64,000 nucleotides of DNA from Octopus sinensis. Its lineage: Eukaryota. The DNA is taken from contig NC_043012.1 of the NCBI RefSeq assembly GCF_006345805.1, forward strand, positions 1,984,001-2,048,000. Reading direction: 5' to 3'. The position numbers and the translations under genes are program-made. This document shows, in pieces, positions 61,335-64,000 of the stretch (positions are counted from its first letter, which is position 1; every line of letters starts with the position of its first letter). Below the pieces are notes generated by a model. The model searched no databases. It had not been told where the DNA came from and was given only the letters and a program-made list of their open reading frames with translations.

Positions 61335-62084
61335 TCCTCAAAGATTAGGTATCTTTTATTTGTTTCAGCCATTAGACTGCAGCCAAACTGGAATGCTAAC
61401 TTCAAGAATTTTTAGTTCAATGAACCAACCCCAGTGCTTTTCTTTTTATAAAGCCTGGTACTAATTATATTGGACTCTTTTTGCTTAACTGCTAAGTTAT
61501 AGGGATGTAAACGCACCAACACTGGTTGTCAAGTGGTGGTGGAGGACAGACACACACACATATATATGTAATGGCATAGATGTGGCAACTTTTGAAATAT
61601 TGTCGAGGTTTATGCAGCTGATGAGGATAAATCAAGTATACGTTTGGCAAGCGTATTTGAAAAATCCGAAACCGGTACTGCATTATCCGTTATCTAGGTA
61701 TTTCATTTTTCAGATGTTTTTCCTAGAGGTAAGACAATTTTTTTCATGTTTGTTGCACACACGCATCTTTACTAGTACATATGCAGTGAAGCTATACATT
61801 AGCGTCGTATTTATTACGTTCGCTATTTTCCAGTAGATATCGGTGCTTCGTTGTACCATTTATTTACTTTTTTATATATATATATATATATATATACACA
61901 TACATACAAAAACATACAATGGGCGTCTTTCAGTTTCAGCCAACCAAATCCACTGACAAGGCTTTGGTTGGACCAAGGCTATATAGTAGAAGATACTTGC
62001 TTAAGATGCCATGCAGTAGAACTGAACCCAGAACCATGTGATTGTGAAGCAAGCTTCTTACCACAGAGCCACACCTGTGCCTGC
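61335..62084 (-). mobile_element. SINE family A interrupted by a ~295-bp unrelated insert in its internal microsatellite
   Basis: Tail half at ~61335-61560, head half at ~61915-62084, insert at ~61571-61865. Confidence 0.75.
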
Positions 62085-62248
62085 AAAATATTTTTTTTTT
62101 ATTTCAATAAAAGAAAGTGCAGGATCTAACTTCAGTGAAACACCACCGTCCACCAGTAATTATTTTCTAAGAACAATATAGAAAGCAATTTAAAATATCT
62201 TTATAAGCATATCCACATCCTCATTTGTGCAGTTGATGGAATACTCAC

Positions 62249-62406
62249 CAAAGATCTGAGGCTTCGGCCTGTTTCTGTTCCATGAAGTCTTGCACAGAGT
62301 AAGTACCCATAATACGAAGACACAATCCTTTCAAAATCTGAAGTTTTTGAGCAGGTTCTAGATCATTTAATTCATGATTTTCCAACATATCTATCAATTC
62401 TTCATT
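62249..62406 (-). CDS. BAZ1B: BAZ1B exon, WHIM1 block
   Basis: ctctag|NEELIDMLENHELNDLEPAQKLQILKGLCLRIMGTYSVQDFMEQKQAEASDL(W)|gtgagt; 158 nt; phase 0-2. Confidence 0.92.
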
Positions 62407-62664
62407 CTAGAGAAGGACAAAAAACAAAAAAGAAAAGAAAAAGGTAAAATACATTTGAAATAATCATTAATTCTACAATAGATAAAAACTCTAACATGAT
62501 AACTAATAGTTTAGAGTAGGGGTCGCAATCTCATTTGGTCTTATAGACCAGATTGAAAGGAAGGCCACAAGGCTGGACAGGGACTATTACTATTCTTAAA
62601 AGCTCTTTCCATAATATAAACCAAAGTAAACGGATTAAGAGAATTAATATACGACAACAGTAAA

Positions 62665-63069
62665 TCTTTATATATAAAAGTGAAGTTGTGTGTCTGTCTC
62701 CTACGATTTAGATTCCTAGTCTCCTACGATTTAGATTCCTAACTACTCCCACATTTTGCGGTGCAGTATCTTATAGTCGTGATTCATATCGAGCCCTTCT
62801 GGGTATTAGCGCGCGTCTACGATGAGTCTACGATTTAAAAAAAAATTTACCATCATTTTTTTCCATTTTAATGCATTTTTTCGCTATTATATAAGGGAAG
62901 TAACTCTCTAAAAATGTCTACGATGAGTCAACGATTTAAAAAAAAATTTACCATAATTTTTTTCCATTTTTAATGCATTTTTTTGCTATTTTTTTGGCTA
63001 TAACTCTCTAAAAATGCTTATATAGTTATTTCCCTTACAAACCCGAGCAACGCCGGGCGATACTGCAAG
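62665..63069 (+). mobile_element. Non-autonomous Helitron (405 bp) with internal duplications
   Basis: A|TC start, CCCGAGCAACGCCGGG hairpin, CAAG|T end (CTAG mutated). Homologous to 43129-43523. Confidence 0.85.
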
Positions 63070-63939
63070 TACTATTATAATTATTCACAATAAGAGAATG
63101 CAGATGAAGTGTTAGCAAAGAATGTGTATAAATGTAGCAAAAAAATCAATTACATGATACAAATATGCACACATGATAAATACACACACACAGAGGGGAC
63201 CTTAAGATGTACTGATATGACTAATCAGAACCAGAATTAAACACGATTCTAGTTAGACTCCAATTCTGAACATACTAGTGAATTTTCCATATGCATGGGA
63301 CACAAATCCACATCTCTATATATTTGTGATGAGTACGCTACCGTTTACACCAATGTATCCACTCACTTCTTCCCATCTATTTTAAGAACTATAATGCCAT
63401 AGTGTTGTTTTTTAAACTGACAGGTAAAGACATTTTCTGCAATGATTTAAGAAGTGGTGATGGGTGACAATTCTATAAAAATAACATTTTGTAATTTTGT
63501 TAGCTTAAAGCTTATAAGTGATCACTGTGTATTGACTAAAGCAAACGGTCTAATATTGGGGCATATAAACCCTCGATGGAAAAGCATGGGGTTTCCATAT
63601 GCGTGATCACAAATACTAGTGAATATTTTAAAATCGAAATATAATAAAAAAAAATATTGGCCTGCAAGCTATATTTATGTTTCACACTTCTGGTTTATAG
63701 CATAAAATTGTTTAAAAAGATATATTTTATATTCTTATTTCATTGTAATTTTAAAGTATCTCATTCCCAAATAAATATACATTATTTGGATGAGCAACAA
63801 TTGTCAGAAGATGAGTGAGGTGAAAAATATTTACTTTAAAATTTACACACACAGCTGAAATATATCAAGACTAGAAATGTTGAAATCAGTAAAGACGACA
63901 AAGAAATCTACCAAAACAAACAAAGGAAACTAAACTTAC

Positions 63940-64000
63940 TAATTCTAACTCTTCTTCTACTTCACTAGTTGAGCTGTCATCACTCTGTGTTTCTTCGGCG
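63940..64000 (-). CDS. BAZ1B: BAZ1B exon (partial, runs off the window)
   Basis: ...AEETQSDDSSTSEVEEELEL|gtaagt; phase 0 matches the next exon. Confidence 0.8.

Larger units (their letters stand above)
9335..64000 (-). other. BAZ1B: BAZ1B/WSTF-like gene span (3' 21 exons; 5' part outside the window)
   Basis: Spliced product 2839 nt = 1 + 946 codons. Colinear with human BAZ1B as I recall it: PIGTDRNH(S/N)RYW..PGL(Y/F)(V/I)EKGW, LHPQGIRES, RL..GGLG, FLQG.M, KWK.A....T(Y/F)SR(L/M)HVLLG.LDACIKW..SAENA.CK.CRKKG, and L.K.LP..PY.R.K after the bromodomain. These motifs fit BAZ1B better than BAZ1A. Confidence 0.88.

Noticed and set aside
63270-63630. Short repeated motifs (TACTAGTGAA, TTTCCATATGC) suggesting a DNA transposon remnant
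   Set aside because: I could not define TIRs, a TSD or coding similarity.

Overview
AT-rich metazoan genomic DNA. The SINE and microsatellite content looks like an octopus, from my recall of those repeat families; I could not check this against a database. There are two convergent genes. (1) The last coding exon of a classical short-chain dehydrogenase/reductase (+, 4087-4245). (2) The 3' 21 exons of a BAZ1B/WSTF-type chromatin regulator (-, 64000 to 9335). I spliced these by hand: all introns are GT-AG, all phases are consistent, and they give 945 aa plus a stop, covering WHIM/WSD, PHD1, PHD2, acidic tracts and a bromodomain. Nineteen of its 20 introns are 0.28-2.5 kb. One is 25,752 bp and separates the bromodomain exons from the rest. 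The remainder is repeats: an RTE LINE 3' half with a PHD-type finger inside the RT region and a tandemly expanded hairpin 3'UTR, many short RTE-tail copies, three tRNA-derived SINE families, CR1/RTE remnants, a mariner deletion derivative, TTAA (piggyBac-type) MITEs, two non-autonomous Helitrons and microsatellites. Best leads: a minimal hammerhead-ribozyme motif in a probable Penelope remnant (24568-24602), two long fold-back hairpins between the convergent genes, the intra-RT PHD finger, RTE-tail copies sharing one 5' end, and possible isoform switches in BAZ1B. Most entries in the supplied ORF track are repeat artefacts.
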